Source: Blepharisma stoltei ATCC 30299 | Taxonomy: Eukaryota > Protista > Ciliophora | NCBI GenBank assembly: GCA_965603825.1 | Contig: CBFDEM010000050.1 | Span: 124,001-188,000, forward strand | Reading direction: 5' to 3' | DNA length: 64,000 bases | Shown here: positions 22,913 through 37,302 of the stretch, one piece after another | Layout: the number at the start of each line of letters is the position of its first letter | Position numbering within the stretch: the first letter of the stretch is position 1 | Translations under genes and position numbers: made by a program | Notes under the pieces: model-generated | The model's input: only the letters and a program-made list of their open reading frames with translations | Told to the model about the DNA's origin: nothing | Database searches by the model: none

Positions 22913-24334
22913 TTATGTATTAACTACTTGAGCTTGCCCACCAAATTTTAAGCTCTCTCTTGTCTCAGAAAAATTATCAGGAGATATAGCTACCAACATC
23001 ACAACTTTGCCACTATTTAAGGAATCTTGAAGCAGCCTAGTTAATTTAGATTCGCGATATGGAGGAATTTGACTGTTTCCGCTTCTTCTGGCTAGGAGTG
23101 CTAAAATGACTCTCCTCAAGCAAGATAAGCTTGTGTTGATATATTTGGCTTCTGACAAAATTACTTTCATAGCTTCAATTTCATTTTGGGATTTATCTGA
23201 GTATGATTCCACATTGGCCCTTTCTGATCCAGCTAAGTCAATAACGCTTAATTTCCCCTTGATCTCATTACCATACATTGTCAGTCCTTCAATCCTTATT
23301 TGGTAAATTGTGTGCCCTCGGGAAGAGCCATTATTTAAATGTGTAGATCTTGTCATTCTTCCATTAGAAGCAATTCCTATTAGCCTTAATAACCCTTCAA
23401 AAGATTCAGCTTGATGCCATGATATTCCTTCAACTTCTAAGCTGCCTTTGCTATTTGCTTTTAGCTTTAATACGTTGTAGTGGTCACTTAGTAAATCAGT
23501 TACCTGCTCCATATAAACTTCTATGCACGATAATTTGATCTGAAGACTTGACTGGACTCCGCATTTTTCTAAATATTTATAAATTCAAGATGCAGCTCTT
23601 GGCAGAATCCCAGCGTTTTCTTCAAAATCTGAGCCTTCAAGAGTATAGGTTTTCCCACTTCCAGTCTGTCCATATGAAAAAATACTGACATGTTCTCCGT
23701 CAATAGCACTTTGTAAAAATGGAATAATTTCTTCAAATATTTCATTTTGGGTTGTGCTTTCACGAAAAACCCGATCAAAAGTAAAAGTTTGAGCAATGCC
23801 ATCCTTTTCTATTGTTATGGTCCTCAAATAGTTTTCTTGAAGTTTAGCTTCTGGATAGCTTACATAATTTTTATTAGTAAACGGCTTAACACGACAAAAA
23901 ACTCTGATCGGTCCTCGAAGTTCTTGCAGCTGAGCATGCAATAATTTTCGGTATGATTCTGACTGTGATAGTAGCTCTTTTAGAGAAGAATTTTCTAACG
24001 ACATTTCTTTCAAAGAATTTTGTAAAAATTGCAGTGTCAATTTTGCTTGTTCTAATTCTTTGTTTAATCTTTCGATTTGGTCGCTGTTTGTAAAGCTGGA
24101 AGTTGGAGAAATGCTTAGGTTTTCTTGATCTTCTGTAAAAGTTGAAGAGTTTTGGTCAGATGATGAAAAATTAAATTCCTTTTTAAGCGGACCCCATTTT
24201 GCTCTATGAACAGTTTGAAGTTTGGTTTTTTTACTTGGTCGACTTGTTGGTACTAATTTTCTCTTCTGGAAGTTTTCAATCCTATTTAAAGCAATTTGTG
24301 TTATATTTTGAATTTGACTTGATAGAGAATTCAT
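22913..24334 (-). CDS. C-terminal-motor kinesin (kinesin-14/KAR3-like)
   Basis: Coiled coil followed by LQELRGPIRVFCRVKP neck, GQTGSGKT, SSRGH and DLAGSE. TGA at 23585 is in frame. Confidence 0.9.
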
Positions 24335-24413
24335 TTTTATTTGAAACTTAACTGCCTTATACAGTCTCAAAGAAAACTAAAATTTGTGATAAAAATGAAT
24401 TGGAGTTATTTTA

Positions 24414-25868
24414 ATGAAAAATACTTATAAACAAAGTAGACTTAGCGCAACGTATTTGGAAGGCTTTAATTATGACTTTAATAAAAGAACTATCTTAAGA
24501 AATACGTTCGAGCTTCCTCAAATCAATACAAGCTATGCTGCTCCCAGCATATTAAAAAGAAACATTACAAGATTTAAAGGGACTGATACACAGAGGTTCT
24601 ATAACGATAATTCATTGCAGAAAAACCTAAAAGACAGAGAAAAAATTCAAAAAATTATTAATGAAGAAAAAGAATTAATAAAAAAATTAGAAAAAGCTCA
24701 TCAGAAAAGGATACTTATGGAAGGTGCTCATAAAGCACAGATAGAAAGGGCTAGGGTTCTTGATAGATATAGGGATCAGCAGAAAGCGATAGAGATTAAG
24801 GCTGCAACTACAATTCAAAGGCATTTCAGAGGATATTTTACTCGACAAAAATATAATCGTCTCTTAAGGTCAAAAAATAAGCAGGTGTTAAAGACAAAAC
24901 TTAGCCAGGTCAATGAGGAATTAAATAAATTTTATTTGTTCCTTGGAAGTGAAAAGACAAAGGAAATAGTCAAAATTCAGCAAAATATTAGGCTATGGCT
25001 TTTTAGGAGAAGATTAAAAGACAAACAGCATATAAATGAAGCTGCTCTAAAAATACAAAGATCTATTAAAGCATTTTTGTATAGAAGAAGATTTAAGAAA
25101 GGATTAGAGAATCTAAGGAGAAAAGAGCTCCGACGAAGAAGAAGGACAAAAAAGCGAAATAAAAGTATTTCTGTAAAGGTCGTGGAACAGGCTACCCCAA
25201 CGGTTACACTTTCATCTTCTATTGAAGATACCAAAAATTTAAACGTACCTAATCGTGAAAAAACACCAGAAAGAACTGACGCCATTTTAAGTGAATCTGA
25301 AGAGTCATTTATTTCAACAGATAATAGGTGAAGTATTGAAGAACCCAAAATCAGTCAAGAAATTCCTTTAAATCAGCCAAGCCTAATATCAAAAACACTA
25401 AGGCGAAAGTTAAACTTGACTTATCTGAAGCCAACTGAAGTATTTCTCAACAAAAGAGACACTCCAATTCCTCATGCTCAATCTCCAATCCCAAAAGTAT
25501 CAAAAAATAGAAATTTTTTAAGGCCAACTATCACGCACCAAATATATACTTCCCAAACCCACAGGTATACATCTTCAAGTCCAGTATGAAAATACACACT
25601 CAACAATAATATAGCTCCAACCCCACCTTTACCAAAGTTGGTAAAGAGAAATAAAAGCAAATTCGGGCACAAAAAGTCAAAATCTCACATAGAAACTACT
25701 CGGATTAATTATGAAGAATCCAGCTCATCAGAAAATTCAAATTCTTCATTTGAATATTTCCAGCCTGAGCACAAATCAGTTAGACTTAAGGATGCCCTGC
25801 CCGATTTGTGGACAATCGTCAATAAATTCGGAAAGAATGAGTTAACTGATGCCAAAAAATCTCAATAA
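24414..25868 (+). CDS. IQ-motif (calmodulin-binding) protein
   Basis: IQRHFRGYFTR, IQQNIRLWLFR and IQRSIKAFLYR motifs; two TGA=W link to ORF 25638-25868. Confidence 0.8.
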
Positions 25869-25922
25869 AATTAATTTAATTTATTAGTTTGATTGTTGAC
25901 GTAAATGGTAATTATTAAGAAG

Positions 25923-28900
25923 ATGCTTAAAAAGCATCAGGTCACTGAGGAGTCTGGAGAATATGTACAACTTACCTTTCTTAAAGCAAGCAAAGTAAAG
26001 AAATTATTATTTTATCTTTGCTATATACTGTCCCTTGGTGTCTTTTACCTGTTTGTTCAGTGATTTATAAAGCTGAAAATATTGCGTTATAATTCTTCGA
26101 CAGTTGGTTCTGCAACCCATGTCATGGTCAGAAACAAGGAAAACTTCGAAGAGATTGTTCCATTGAGGACCATTTTTGTCCCGCTGTCATCCTTGGGATA
26201 TTCTGATTCTCTTCAAGAAATTAAACTCAAAACTTTTGTCTACAGGTTTATCCGTTATTACGCCACAGAAGAGAATTTTACAGCGCTGCAGTTCCCTTAC
26301 ACGTTAATTTATAATAAAATTCATGAGAGCCTAGGAAAAGGAATTCAAGATAAATCTATTATTACAGGCAGACAAGCTTTATTTGGTCCTTGTCTGGTAG
26401 ACGTTCCCATGCCTTCAATTTGGAAGCTATTGGTGACTGAGGTAATCCATCCTTTTTTTGTGTTCCAAATTTTTTCTATAATATTGTGGGTTATCGAGCT
26501 TTACTATTTCTATTCAGGAATCATATTTTTCATGTCAATGCTGTCTCTCTGCACAAATCTCTATGAAACCAGAAGAAATATCAAGAGTGTAAGAGAGATG
26601 GCCCTCTATGAGTGTAAAGTCAACGTTTGTAGAGAAAATCAATGAAATGTCCTCAATTCGAGAGAAATAGTTCCAGGTGACTTAATTGAAATTCCTGAAA
26701 ACTGCCCTCTTCCATGCGATTTAGTATTAATAAAAGGCGTCTGCTTAGTAGACGAAAGTATGCTTACTGGTGAGTCTCAACCTATCCTAAAAGATGCCCT
26801 CCCAATGTCTTCTCACTTAGTATACACTTTAGACAAAAAATATTCTTTAAGCTCTGGTACAATTCCTTTAACATGCAGAGGAGGTGCAATTGGTGTTGCA
26901 ACATCTACAGGGTTTTCTACAGCTAAAGGTGAGCTAGTTAGATCTATTTTATTTCCAAAGCCAAATAGATTTAATTTCTATGTAGACTCTTTCAAATTTG
27001 TCGGATTCATGGGAATTATTGGTCTTACAGGCGCACTATATTATCTGGTGTGGTATATTGTAAATGCAGAAGACCCTATTGAGATGCTCCTTAGCTGTGG
27101 CGACTTAGTTACCACCGTTATACCACCTGTTTTACCATTAGCTACCACAATGAGCACATCTTTTGCTATAAAAAGACTAAAAGATAAAAAAATCAGCTGC
27201 ATTTCTCCACCTGCAGTAAACTCGTCAGGCAGAGTTACAATTATTTGCTTTGACAAGACTGGAACTCTCACAGAGGATTCTATGACATTAAAAGGGGCTT
27301 GGGACGTCAGCACACAAAAAATAGAAGACGAATTAGAAAGATGCAACCCTGAGCTGCAAGAAAATATGGCTTCTTGCCACTCTTTAACAATGCTTGATGG
27401 AGAGCTCCTAGGTGATCCTCAAGAAATTGAAATTTTTAATAAGATTGGTTGGAGGTTTTACCAATCTGATGACGAAAACACTCGTTTTATTATAGAAAAA
27501 GCTCAATCTCAGATCTTTGTAAGGTTCATTTATCACTTTTCCCCAATTTTAAAAAGAATGGCTGTTGTCACAGAAAATGAAGGAAAATTAAGATTACACC
27601 TAAAAGGAGCGCCTGAAAAAATTTCCCCATCATGCATAAACCTTCCTGAAGACTACAACAAGCAGCTTCTACATCTTACAAGGGCTGGATATCGAGTCTT
27701 AGCCTGCGCCTATAAAGATATCCCTGAGTTTGACCCAAAAACCCCTATAGAAGATATTGAAAAAGAAGCCACATTTCTTGGTTTTCTTGTCCTCCAAAAC
27801 CAATTAAAGACAGAAACCCACGGAATCCTAAAAACCCTTGAAGACGCAAATATAAGATGCTATATCTCAACTGGGGACGCATTACTAACAGGGGCAGCTG
27901 TTGGGAAAGAATGCGAAATTATCCCAGCAGAAAATACAGTTTACTATGGAGATATCATTCATGAAGAAGTGGAATGGAGAAATGAAGAAGGAGACTTGGT
28001 TAGCAGCTTTGAAGATAAGCTGGCTGGGACAAATGTGTCTTTAGCATTGACAGGAAGCTTACTTGAGCATTTAGCGAATAATAAGTCAAGAATGATACCT
28101 GATATTGTTAAGAAAGGAGCTGTTTTTGGCAGAATGTCTCCACAACAAAAAGTCATCCTTATTGAGCAGCTACAAACGAGCGAAGCATTAGTTGCTATGG
28201 TCGGAGATGGAGCTAATGACTGTGGAGCTCTCAAAGCAGCTGACGTTGGGCTTAGTTTAAGTGATCTTGAAGCTTCAATTGCAGCTCCTTTTACAGGTAA
28301 AAAGCTTGAATGCATTTTAGAAATCCTCAAAGAAGGCAGAGCGTCGTTAACTACAAGTTTCCAATGCTTTAAATTTATTACAATGTACAGCATCACTGAG
28401 TTTGTATGTGAAAATTTCTTGTTCCTTAACCACACCAATTACACTGAGCGCCAGTTCTTATATATGGACATTTTCTTGATTTTGCCTTTTTCAATCTTTA
28501 TGGCTTCAACTCCTGCCCATACAAAACTATCCAACTATCTGCCACCAACCGCTTTATTTTCTGTTGACGTTTTGGTATCAATATGGGGCCATTTGATTTT
28601 GATGACAACTACACAAGGTTTTGTATTTATGGCGATGATTACAAGTGATTGGTATACCCCAACCACAGGTGGGTATGTAGGCGCAGCCGAACCTTGTGTC
28701 GAAAACACGGCAATGTTTTATGTTTCAGCCACAATTATCTGGTATATGTGCATTGTGTTTAGCACTGGCCCGCCGTTCAGAAAAAGCACATGGAAAAATT
28801 ATTGATTTACTGGATTTGCCGCTGTATCATTAGCATGTACTTTGTATTTAATCTTGATCCCTGCAAAATGGGCTCGGGATTTTATGCAAATGGACTATAT

Positions 28901-29036
28901 TCCAGTAAGTTTTCGATTTATTTTGCTAATAATTCTGGGGTCTGGATATGTGGCTAGCTATTTCTATGAGAAATTTGGAGTCAAGATCGTGGCGAGATGG
29001 ATGAGAAAAATGAAGCCATTTAGAAAAAGCAAATAG
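25923..29036 (+). CDS. P5B-type ATPase (ATP13A2-5 family)
   Basis: LTGES, PPVLP, DKTGTLT and GDGANDC motifs; three in-frame TGA; ends with TAG. Confidence 0.93.
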
Positions 29037-29081
29037 GCTTAATTATCATAACCATTTAAATCGAATTAGTAATTTTAATAT

Positions 29082-29840
29082 ATGGAATGGCCCGAATGAT
29101 GGAACCAAAAAGCAGTGACGATTTCTGTGTGTAATTTAGCTGAGCTTGGAGATGATAGGTTTGTTAAGACAAATATTGGGGAGTTTGATCAGTTTATAGG
29201 TGGAGGGTTTTTACCTGGATCAATATATGAGCTTGTAGGAGAATCTGCAAGCGGGAAAACTAATTTGGCTTTAGCAATATCTAAAGAAATAGTGATGCAG
29301 CATTATAAAGTCTGCTATTTTTCAACACAAAAGCCTTTAAGTGTTGCTCGCTTGCAGAGCATGAACTTAGACTCTAATTGTTTTGTATATAGAAATGCAG
29401 TTTCCCAAGATGATAAGTGCAGATACTTTATACAAGAGCTTAAATCTGTTATAGACTGTTTAGAAGATGTAAAATTAATTGTGCTTGATAATATTCCTGA
29501 ACTGTTTAGTGATTATGAAAATACTCCTAATGGGATAAAACTAAGAAATACTGCAATAACCAAAATCAGTGTGTTGCTCAAGCACCTTTCACACAACTAT
29601 GGCTTTGGAATTTTAATAATCAACAACGTAACATCTGACATGCATGGAGCTTTAAACCCAAAACTTGGCTTAATTTGAACCAATATGGTTACACATAGGA
29701 TGTTTTTATCAAAACAAAACACTTTAAGAACTTTAAAAATCCAATACAGCTCTATAGTTGGCCCAGAAAATGAGCTGCATTTTCTCATTAACGACCAAGG
29801 TATCGAGCTTTGCCAAGGATTAAGTCAACAATTCTCATAA
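29082..29840 (+). CDS. RAD51 paralog (XRCC3-like)
   Basis: ELVGESASGKT Walker A, LIVLD Walker B, PKLGLIW(TGA)TNMVTHR. Confidence 0.8.
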
Positions 29841-29865
29841 ATATTTTTGGTATTTATATTAATTT

Positions 29866-31950
29866 TTAATTCATTTTTCCAAGCAGACTTTCTTTGATTC
29901 TTAGCATATGCTCATGATACTCCACGTTTTCAGCGAACTCTCTTTCATTTTCTACAGTATCTTTTTCAGCTTCTTCTTCACTCCATACGTCATTGTCTTC
30001 AATATCTGTGTTGCTTTCAGAGCTTGGCATTCTAATTCCTTCCAAGTTTGGGCTTTCTCCTCTCTTTAGTTTTTCATTGTTGTCAACTTCTTTTTGCTTT
30101 TGGATTAGGCTGGTTTCCCAGTACTCTTTTTCAGTCATTCTATAGTTATAATCTGATGGCATTTTTAGCCAAGGGTGATCTAAAGCTTGCTGAGCTGTGC
30201 AGCGCTTATCTGGCTCATAGTTTAGCATGGGTAATAGAAAATCAGATAGCATTCTTGCTTCATGCTCTTTTATACGGTATTTTTCCATTAATACATCTTT
30301 AAGAGGCCACAGTTTAAGCTTAGAAATTCGGCGAAGCTTCCCTCGGTGGTCAAAAAATTTTTTGGAATTTACCCCAGAAAGAGCAAACGATTTCGGGAAA
30401 AATCCTAAGGTTTCTACCATTTGGGCTAAATGGTCGTCTTCTTTGTCGAAATCTGGCCCTGTGCGAGGGTCAAATAGAAAATCTCCTGTGATGAGTTCAA
30501 ATAGCATGCATGCAAAGCTTCAGACATCAGCAGTGTAATTATAAGAAATCCCTAAAATTACTTCAGGACCTCGGTATTGCCTTGTTTGGATTTCTGTTGA
30601 AAAATGCTTGTGGATCCAGCAGGCGTTTCCGAGGTCAGCGATTTTTACTTTGATATTTTCGTTTACTACTGGGGCTGATTTTGAATCTATTGAGCTGTCT
30701 TCTGGAAGCTGCAATAGGCTGAGATCACTTTCATCTCTGCTATCATTGATGCTGTTTTTGCGTTCCTCTATATGAAGCAGATCACTTTTTATTTCTTTTC
30801 CAGCTTCTTGGGAACCTTCAATATCATTTTTTTCAGAGCTATCTTGAGGCTCTTTAACTTCAATGTCCAATTCTGATTTTTTAATTTCCACTTTATCGAT
30901 GTTTTCAAACTCGTCAAATTTTGGAATTTCTTTGTCAATATTTGCCTCTACTTTATTATCTTCATTTACTTCCTTTTCATTTTTCTGTCCTTTTTTCTTC
31001 TTATTTCTTTTTCTTTTCTTTTTCACCACAGTTGTTGCATCCTCATTAGCTTTCTCTTGCTGCTGCTGCTCTTTTAACTGTTTTTCCTTTTCTTTTTTTC
31101 TTTGTCTATATTTTTTCCTTTTTTCTTTTATCTTCAATGCTTTTTCATCTACTTCTTTTTCCTTCACAATATTTCCTAGCTCCTTCACCATTTCTGCCTG
31201 TGGAGTTTCTATAGGTCGTGCAGCAGGCATCGCTGGGCAGTCAATTTTATTTTTCAAAATCCCAAATTTAATTATTTCATTAATTTGTGCTTTAGTAAGT
31301 TGCAGAAGTACATTTTCAGGCTTGAGATCAGTATGAATGATCCCACAAATTCTATGCAAATAATCCAAAGCAATCAGCACTTGTTTGCTAATAGCTCTGC
31401 ATATTGGTATAGGAATTCCTTTATAGTTGTACACCTTAATGATTTCTAATAAATTCACGCCTAGAATCTCGAAAACCATACAAATATGCTTCCCATTCGG
31501 TCCTGCATGCATAAAGCTGTTAAGCAGCTGGACTACAAAGCAGTGGTCTCGCACTCCTTCTTCAGAGAGTGCGTTTTGATACTCATTTGTCCCATCATAA
31601 TAATGCCTTAAGGATTTTAGCCATACTGGGTCATTATAGCTTGTACTTATTTTCAGCAAAATATCGATTTCATCATAAGCAGCTTCAGTATAGTGAGACG
31701 CGCTTTTCTGGACTTTTAAAGCTACATATGTGTTATATTTTAGGTCTTTGCAGAGCCACACTGTGGAAAAATGCCCCCAGCCGACTTTTTGGACGACTTC
31801 ATACCGGTTCAAAAAAATATCTCCAAGCATTATTGGATGATATCCGCCAGGACGGTAATCTTGGCTGGGTTCTTCTTCGTCATCGTATACAACTGAGCTG
31901 GAATCGTCAGGAATTTCGCCACTCTCGGCTGATAGAGGAGATTCGGCCAT
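29866..31950 (-). CDS. SRPK: SR protein kinase
   Basis: YRPGGYHP, GWGHFSTVWL, HTDLKPEN, spacer insert, ADLGNACW, IQTRQYR and ADVW(TGA)SFAC. Confidence 0.95.
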
Positions 31951-32254
31951 TTAATTTATCTTAAGTGCTTGGCGCAAATGGAGTTATGATGGATTGGAGC
32001 AAAAGTCTCTTGTTTTTAAATATAAATTTATAGAGAATAATTATATTTTTTATAATGAGAGACAGAATAGCTCAAGTGTTTTTATAAGGATTTATAGAAA
32101 GTAAGATGAATTTGTTTTGAAATAATTTTAAATGAATGCTTAGCTTTGAAAAAGCGCATTATAGACCAATTTGGCTTATTCATTTAATCTCCAAATAACT
32201 CATTCAACAGATAGTATCATAAATGTCGTTAGTCTATTATAATTATCAGTTAAA

Positions 32255-32953
32255 ATGTCATTCGAATTTGAAGGCCAAATTATCGAAGAAGTCGATCACA
32301 ACGTATTCTGTGAAGCCAAGCAAATGAGAAAAAGAGCAGAAGAAGACGCAAAGCTCCTCGCAAACCGCATTGCTTTATTAAAAGCTGAAGAGGCCAAAGC
32401 TCTCAAGAAACTTGAAGAAACTCGCCAACAAGCCTCAAAAATCATTGAGTCTAAAGCAAAAATCCAAGAAGCACAGCAAAAAAGAGAAGAAGAACGCAAA
32501 GCCAAAGAGGAAGAAGAAAGAATTAGAGCTTTAGAAAAACGAAACCAAAAAAGCCTTGAAAGGCAGTTAAAAGACTTCAAAACAATGTCGCTTAAAAGCC
32601 GTGTTCAAAATGAAGTAAAAGTACTCAAGCTAAAAAAACAAGAAAATTTGGAAAATATTGAAAGCCAAAAGCAAGAAGAAAAAGCATATAAAATGTCTAT
32701 AAAGCAGAGGGTCATTGAAAAGAAAAGAGAAGCGGAAGAGAAAAAACGCAGAAAAGAAGAAGAAAAAAGAGAAGCACAAAAAATGGAGCTTGCTAAGAAA
32801 ATTGATGAAGAAAACGAGATAAGAAGATTTAAAGAAGATGAAATCAAACAAATGGAGCAAGAAGAGCTTGAGCTTATCCAGAAGTTACAAAACACCCAGC
32901 AGATGCAAAGAAGCGCTTATGATGAGCTTGAAGTCGCTCTTACAGGAAGATAA
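32255..32953 (+). CDS. Charged coiled-coil protein of unknown function
   Basis: Intact 232-aa E/K/R-rich ORF. Confidence 0.8.
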   Translation: MSFEFEGQIIEEVDHNVFCEAKQMRKRAEEDAKLLANRIALLKAEEAKALKKLEETRQQASKIIESKAKIQEAQQKREEERKAKEEEERIRALEKRNQKSLERQLKDFKTMSLKSRVQNEVKVLKLKKQENLENIESQKQEEKAYKMSIKQRVIEKKREAEEKKRRKEEEKREAQKMELAKKIDEENEIRRFKEDEIKQMEQEELELIQKLQNTQQMQRSAYDELEVALTGR

Positions 32954-32979
32954 TTGTTAAAATATAACCATTAGAATAT

Positions 32980-34809
32980 TTACTTCTTCAATGGAGCCTG
33001 CTGTCCGTTTTGCCCATTTTCCTTTTGAGCTTTAAGCAAATGCTCAAGTAGGTCTTTTTCACGCTTCTGTAAAAATTCAATTCGTTTCTGCAGCTGTGTA
33101 TTCATTTGTTTCAGCTGGAAGGCGTCATTCATTTCACTAAATGACTGTGCTGACCTTGGCGTTGGATTTCTGAATAATTCTTACCCACTGTCATTTAATT
33201 TATTCCTCATTTCAGCTTTTTCATACTCCATTTTTGAAATTTGTCGCTTAATATTGGCATTATCGTTTAATAAATTGGTGATCGTATATTGATTACTTGT
33301 CCTTTCAGCGCCTTGATCATTAGGATTTGTATATCCAGTGAAAACATGTTCTAAATTGTTCAATTTCCCAGCTAAAACTTGGTTTTCAGCTACTACAGAC
33401 TTAGCTAGCTTTTCCAGGACTTCTTTGCCGTTATTTAGCTGGATGTTTTCTTCTTTAATTCGGTTCATTTCTTTTTGGTATTCGTCAATAATAGCTGCAC
33501 TGCTTTGCATGTGGGGAGGATTTGGAATAGGAGGGAGCTTGCTATTTGCACTTTTGGCTGAGGGTGACCGGTTTCTTGCAAAATCAACCATTAAGGGTGG
33601 CATTCCTCCAGTGACCCTATAAAGCTGCTCTTTTAAATATTCATTTTCCATCCTTAGTAGCTGGATTTCTCGCTTTATGCTGAATATGATTTGTTCCTTG
33701 CTATCCATTTGGATTACAGGCTTGTTCTTAATATTCATTGCTCTTCCAGCGTAGTTTAAAGTGCTAGCTGTTTCTTCAGCATAAGCACTTGCAGGAGAAA
33801 CACAAGCTATCATTAAGGCTTTAGAAGTCCCTCCTAAAGAGTCCATTAGCAGCATTGTAAGCTTGGAGTCTCTATAAGGGATATGTGACTTGGATTTATT
33901 TTTCTTATCTCCTAAGGCTGATATCACTTTTCCTAGTGTAAACAAGCTTCTGTTAATATTTCCTGTTTCCTTTACCATGATCCCTTGAGATTTCGTTTCT
34001 TTTAATCTTTCACTGCCAGCTAAATCAACAAAACAAATTTTTCCGAATTTTTTAAAAGAATGCCCATCTTCTCCTTTGGTTTCGCTAATTAAATAAATTA
34101 GCATGATCGAGTGGCTTCTTGAAGAGTCCTTATTAAGCTCATGGCTGCCAGTTTTTCTATTTCGGATCCCTTCATGCAGAACTGCAATTAAATCGTCAAT
34201 ATTTGTGCAGTCAACAATTAGCAAGTCTTCGACGAAGAATCCTGATTTGATATTTCACCTACAGTGAAGCACACCACTTGCAGGATTTAATAGATCTCTG
34301 ACCTGCTCATTATAGATTTCCATGAACGCTGCTTTAACGTAATATTGTTCTTGCCTATTAGCCATACTTTGCCACATGTAGCTGATCCCTCTCGGAATTA
34401 TCCCATCAGTTTCATCAGACCGATAGTCTTGTCTTCCTAGGTTTTCCTCTATTCCTGCCATTGTATAAGTTTTTCCACTTCCAGTTTGTCCATACGCGAA
34501 AACACTTGCAGAATACCCTTCTAAGGCAGAATCTAGCAAAACGTGGACCCCGCTTTCAGAAAACATCTGGCCTTGTGTGTAATCTTCGCCCATAACTTGA
34601 TGGAAACGGTAAGATTTGGCTGAGCCTTTAAAGTTCATTTGAAGAGCTTGGGGATTCACAACAGTTATGCATGAAGTGTCGCCTATTGAGATTTCTTTTT
34701 CGTTCATTGGCCTTGAGCGGACACATACTCTGATGCTTTCTCCTGTTTCTTGGTCTGTAAGAGTTGAGCCAGACACGTGACTTCGAGGAGTTGCTTTTCG
34801 CATTACCAT
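32980..34809 (-). CDS. N-terminal-motor kinesin (KIF12-like)
   Basis: GQTGSGKT, CRW(TGA)NIKSGFFVE, SSRSH, DLAGSE and HIPYRDSKLT; intron 33170-33184 extends the coiled-coil tail to TAA at 32980. Confidence 0.88.
33170..33184 (-). other. 15-nt intron GTAAGAATTATTCAG
   Basis: In-frame TAA; the coding frame resumes after AG. Confidence 0.85.
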
Positions 34810-34842
34810 ATTCTAATTTCAAATTAAGATATTACAGAGCTA

Positions 34843-36579
34843 TTAATTTATTTCTGCCTCAATTAAAAAACCTGGAGAGTTGTCTGTGCTTTCTCGTCCT
34901 AAAGCTTGTGCGACGACGTTGCCGATACTTGTAATAGTTTTGGTTTTCCTTACGATTTTCTTAATCATCTGGTTTTCTGTCTGCAGTTTTCTTTTTTTAT
35001 AATTAGTCATCCAATGCTTCAGTCTTTTGCTTTTTTTATCAAAAAGTTCTCTTCCTTCAATAGCTACATAATCCACATTTAATGCATCTAAAAGTGCTTT
35101 TTCCTATATAAAACTTACAGATTCGTGGCTTTCTTTGATTTCTTTTAATAGTCTCTGTTGGAGATCTTCTTTGCTGGGCATTTCAATGCTTTTCATCTCA
35201 TTTAATCTCATAACATCTCTACTAGAAAACACTTCGAAAAATTGTTTTTTATTAATAGTGAGACAAATGGTTTGGGTCACACACACAGCTCGGGTTTTTC
35301 GAGGGCAGCCATCAATCATATCAGTTTCTCCAAAAAAGCAGCCTTTGCCAATGGTACTAAGAGTTATAATGTACTTTCTGTTTATTTGTAATAAGTCTCA
35401 CTCTTGAGATGAGGTCGGCCATCTATTCTGTTTTTCTAAGTCAACGTAAGCTTGGACTTCTACTTGTCCTTGCTTGATAATATAAAAGGTATTACTTGGG
35501 TCGTTTCGGTCATAAAGAACTTGTCCAGCTGGGAATGTTTTTATGATCATAAAGCTGGAGAGCCTATGCACTTTGAGAAAGCTCCAGCTTTTAAAATACT
35601 CAATGCTCATTAAAAATTTGGTATTTTCATATCTTTCAAGCTTTTTGATGTTCAGCAGCATACGGTCGTAGTCTTCTTTTTTTAACACAAAAGTGATTGT
35701 AGGCTCTTCAGCAATAACATCAGCACTCCTAGGGGACGCTGTGTCAAGCCCGATTTCTCCTATGACTTCTTTTTTTCCTCTTGAGCCGACTTTTTCTCCA
35801 CTATGAAGATAGATTCCTACAACTCCTTTATAAATGATGTACATGCAGTCAGCAACAGCGCCTTTGTGAATTATATATTTATCAATTTCAAAATCAAGCC
35901 TTGTCAGCTTATCGCAGGTATCTTTTACAATCAGTTTAGGAATTTTTGCAAAAAATGCAGTGCTGACTATTCAGTCAAATAATGCAGCTTTTTCTTCTTC
36001 GGTTCTGTGATTGGGGTAGATAGAAACGATGGACCCAACGTCGATTTCGTCGCCTTTCATCATACGCTTGTAGGTCTGCTGGAATCCGGTTCTGGACATC
36101 AGTCACTCTGGGATAAAATTCTTGATGTCACTTTCTTTTTGGATTGGACTGATTGCTCTAGCGGTTGCGGTTTGGGAAAATTGCTTTGTTTGGACTGGCT
36201 CGTTTTTTGGAATGTCAGAGAGTTTTTCTTTGCGTCGAGTTCCTGAAGCGGTAGTTTTTATTCTATCAGTTTGACTTCGAGAATTTGTAGCTTTAAAATT
36301 TTCGGTCTTCTGAAGGTACTCTGCACGTGCTTGTTCAATATAATAAGAAGGAGGCTTTGGGGTTTCAATATTAATAGTTTGTATTAAAATTTTAGGCCTT
36401 GTTAACTCTTTTATCAACCTCTCCTTATTAATTTCTTTTATTTCTTTAAAAAAGTCACTTTTTCTAGTAGAAGGCGTGCTTGTCTTGATCCTTGATAATT
36501 GCTTTGTAGAAAAGAAAGGGTTCATTTGTGGAGTCAAACTATCAGCTCTCTTAAAATCAGCATCTGTGCAAGATTTCAT
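34843..36579 (-). CDS. Cyclic-nucleotide-binding domain protein (two cNMP domains)
   Basis: IGEIGL..PRSADV and FFGETDM..PRKTRA motifs; three TGA=W; intron 35104-35118. Confidence 0.85.
35104..35118 (-). other. 15-nt intron GTAAGTTTTATATAG
   Basis: In-frame TAG at the acceptor; the frame continues EKALLDAL. Confidence 0.88.
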
Positions 36580-36666
36580 TATAATAATCTATTTAAATAT
36601 TTATGTTGCCGTAAATGCTGGCTTTCATAACATATTTATTAAGCATGATAAGCAGCTAATAAATAA

Positions 36667-37104
36667 ATGGTATCAAGCAATATCACTTTAATTACAGGAA
36701 ATTTGTTTGATGTACCAGAAGCTTACTCATTAGCCCACTGTATCTCAAAAGACCTAAAAATGAGTAAAGGAATCGCAGTGGAATTTAGAAACCGCTTTGG
36801 AGGAATCAATGATCTCCAATCACAGTCTCCTGAAATTGGAAAAAGTCTTTTCTTGAATATTGGGAACAATAGATTTGCTTTTTATTTGATCACTAAGGAT
36901 AAATATTTTCAAAAGCCCACTTATTCAGATTTGGAGAGATCTCTTGTAGACCTTTGCAATAAATGTGCAATGCTTCGCGTAAACAAGTTAGCAATGCCAA
37001 AAATAGGGTGTGGCCTTGATAAGCTGAACTGAGATCAAGTGTACCAGACTATTAATCATGTGTTTTGTAGAACAAACATTGAAATCCTGATTTACTCTTT
37101 ATAA
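36667..37104 (+). CDS. OARD1: Macrodomain ADP-ribose glycohydrolase (TARG1/OARD1-like)
   Basis: GNLF, SLAHCISKD..MSKGIA, YLITK..KPTY and MPKIGCGLDKLNW(TGA). Confidence 0.88.
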
Positions 37105-37302
37105 GATGCAAAGTCAATTGCTTAGTTAAAAACAATTTATTAGTTAACTTCTTAATTGATACAGGAAATAATAAACTCTATTAAGCTGTCCTTTTACGCA
37201 AATCGTGTTTAAAAATTAATAGATTTTAAAGTTAAAAATATCATTAGCAAGAATCAGACATTTATATTTCTATGTTTAAATGAAATGAGATTATTTATAG
37301 CT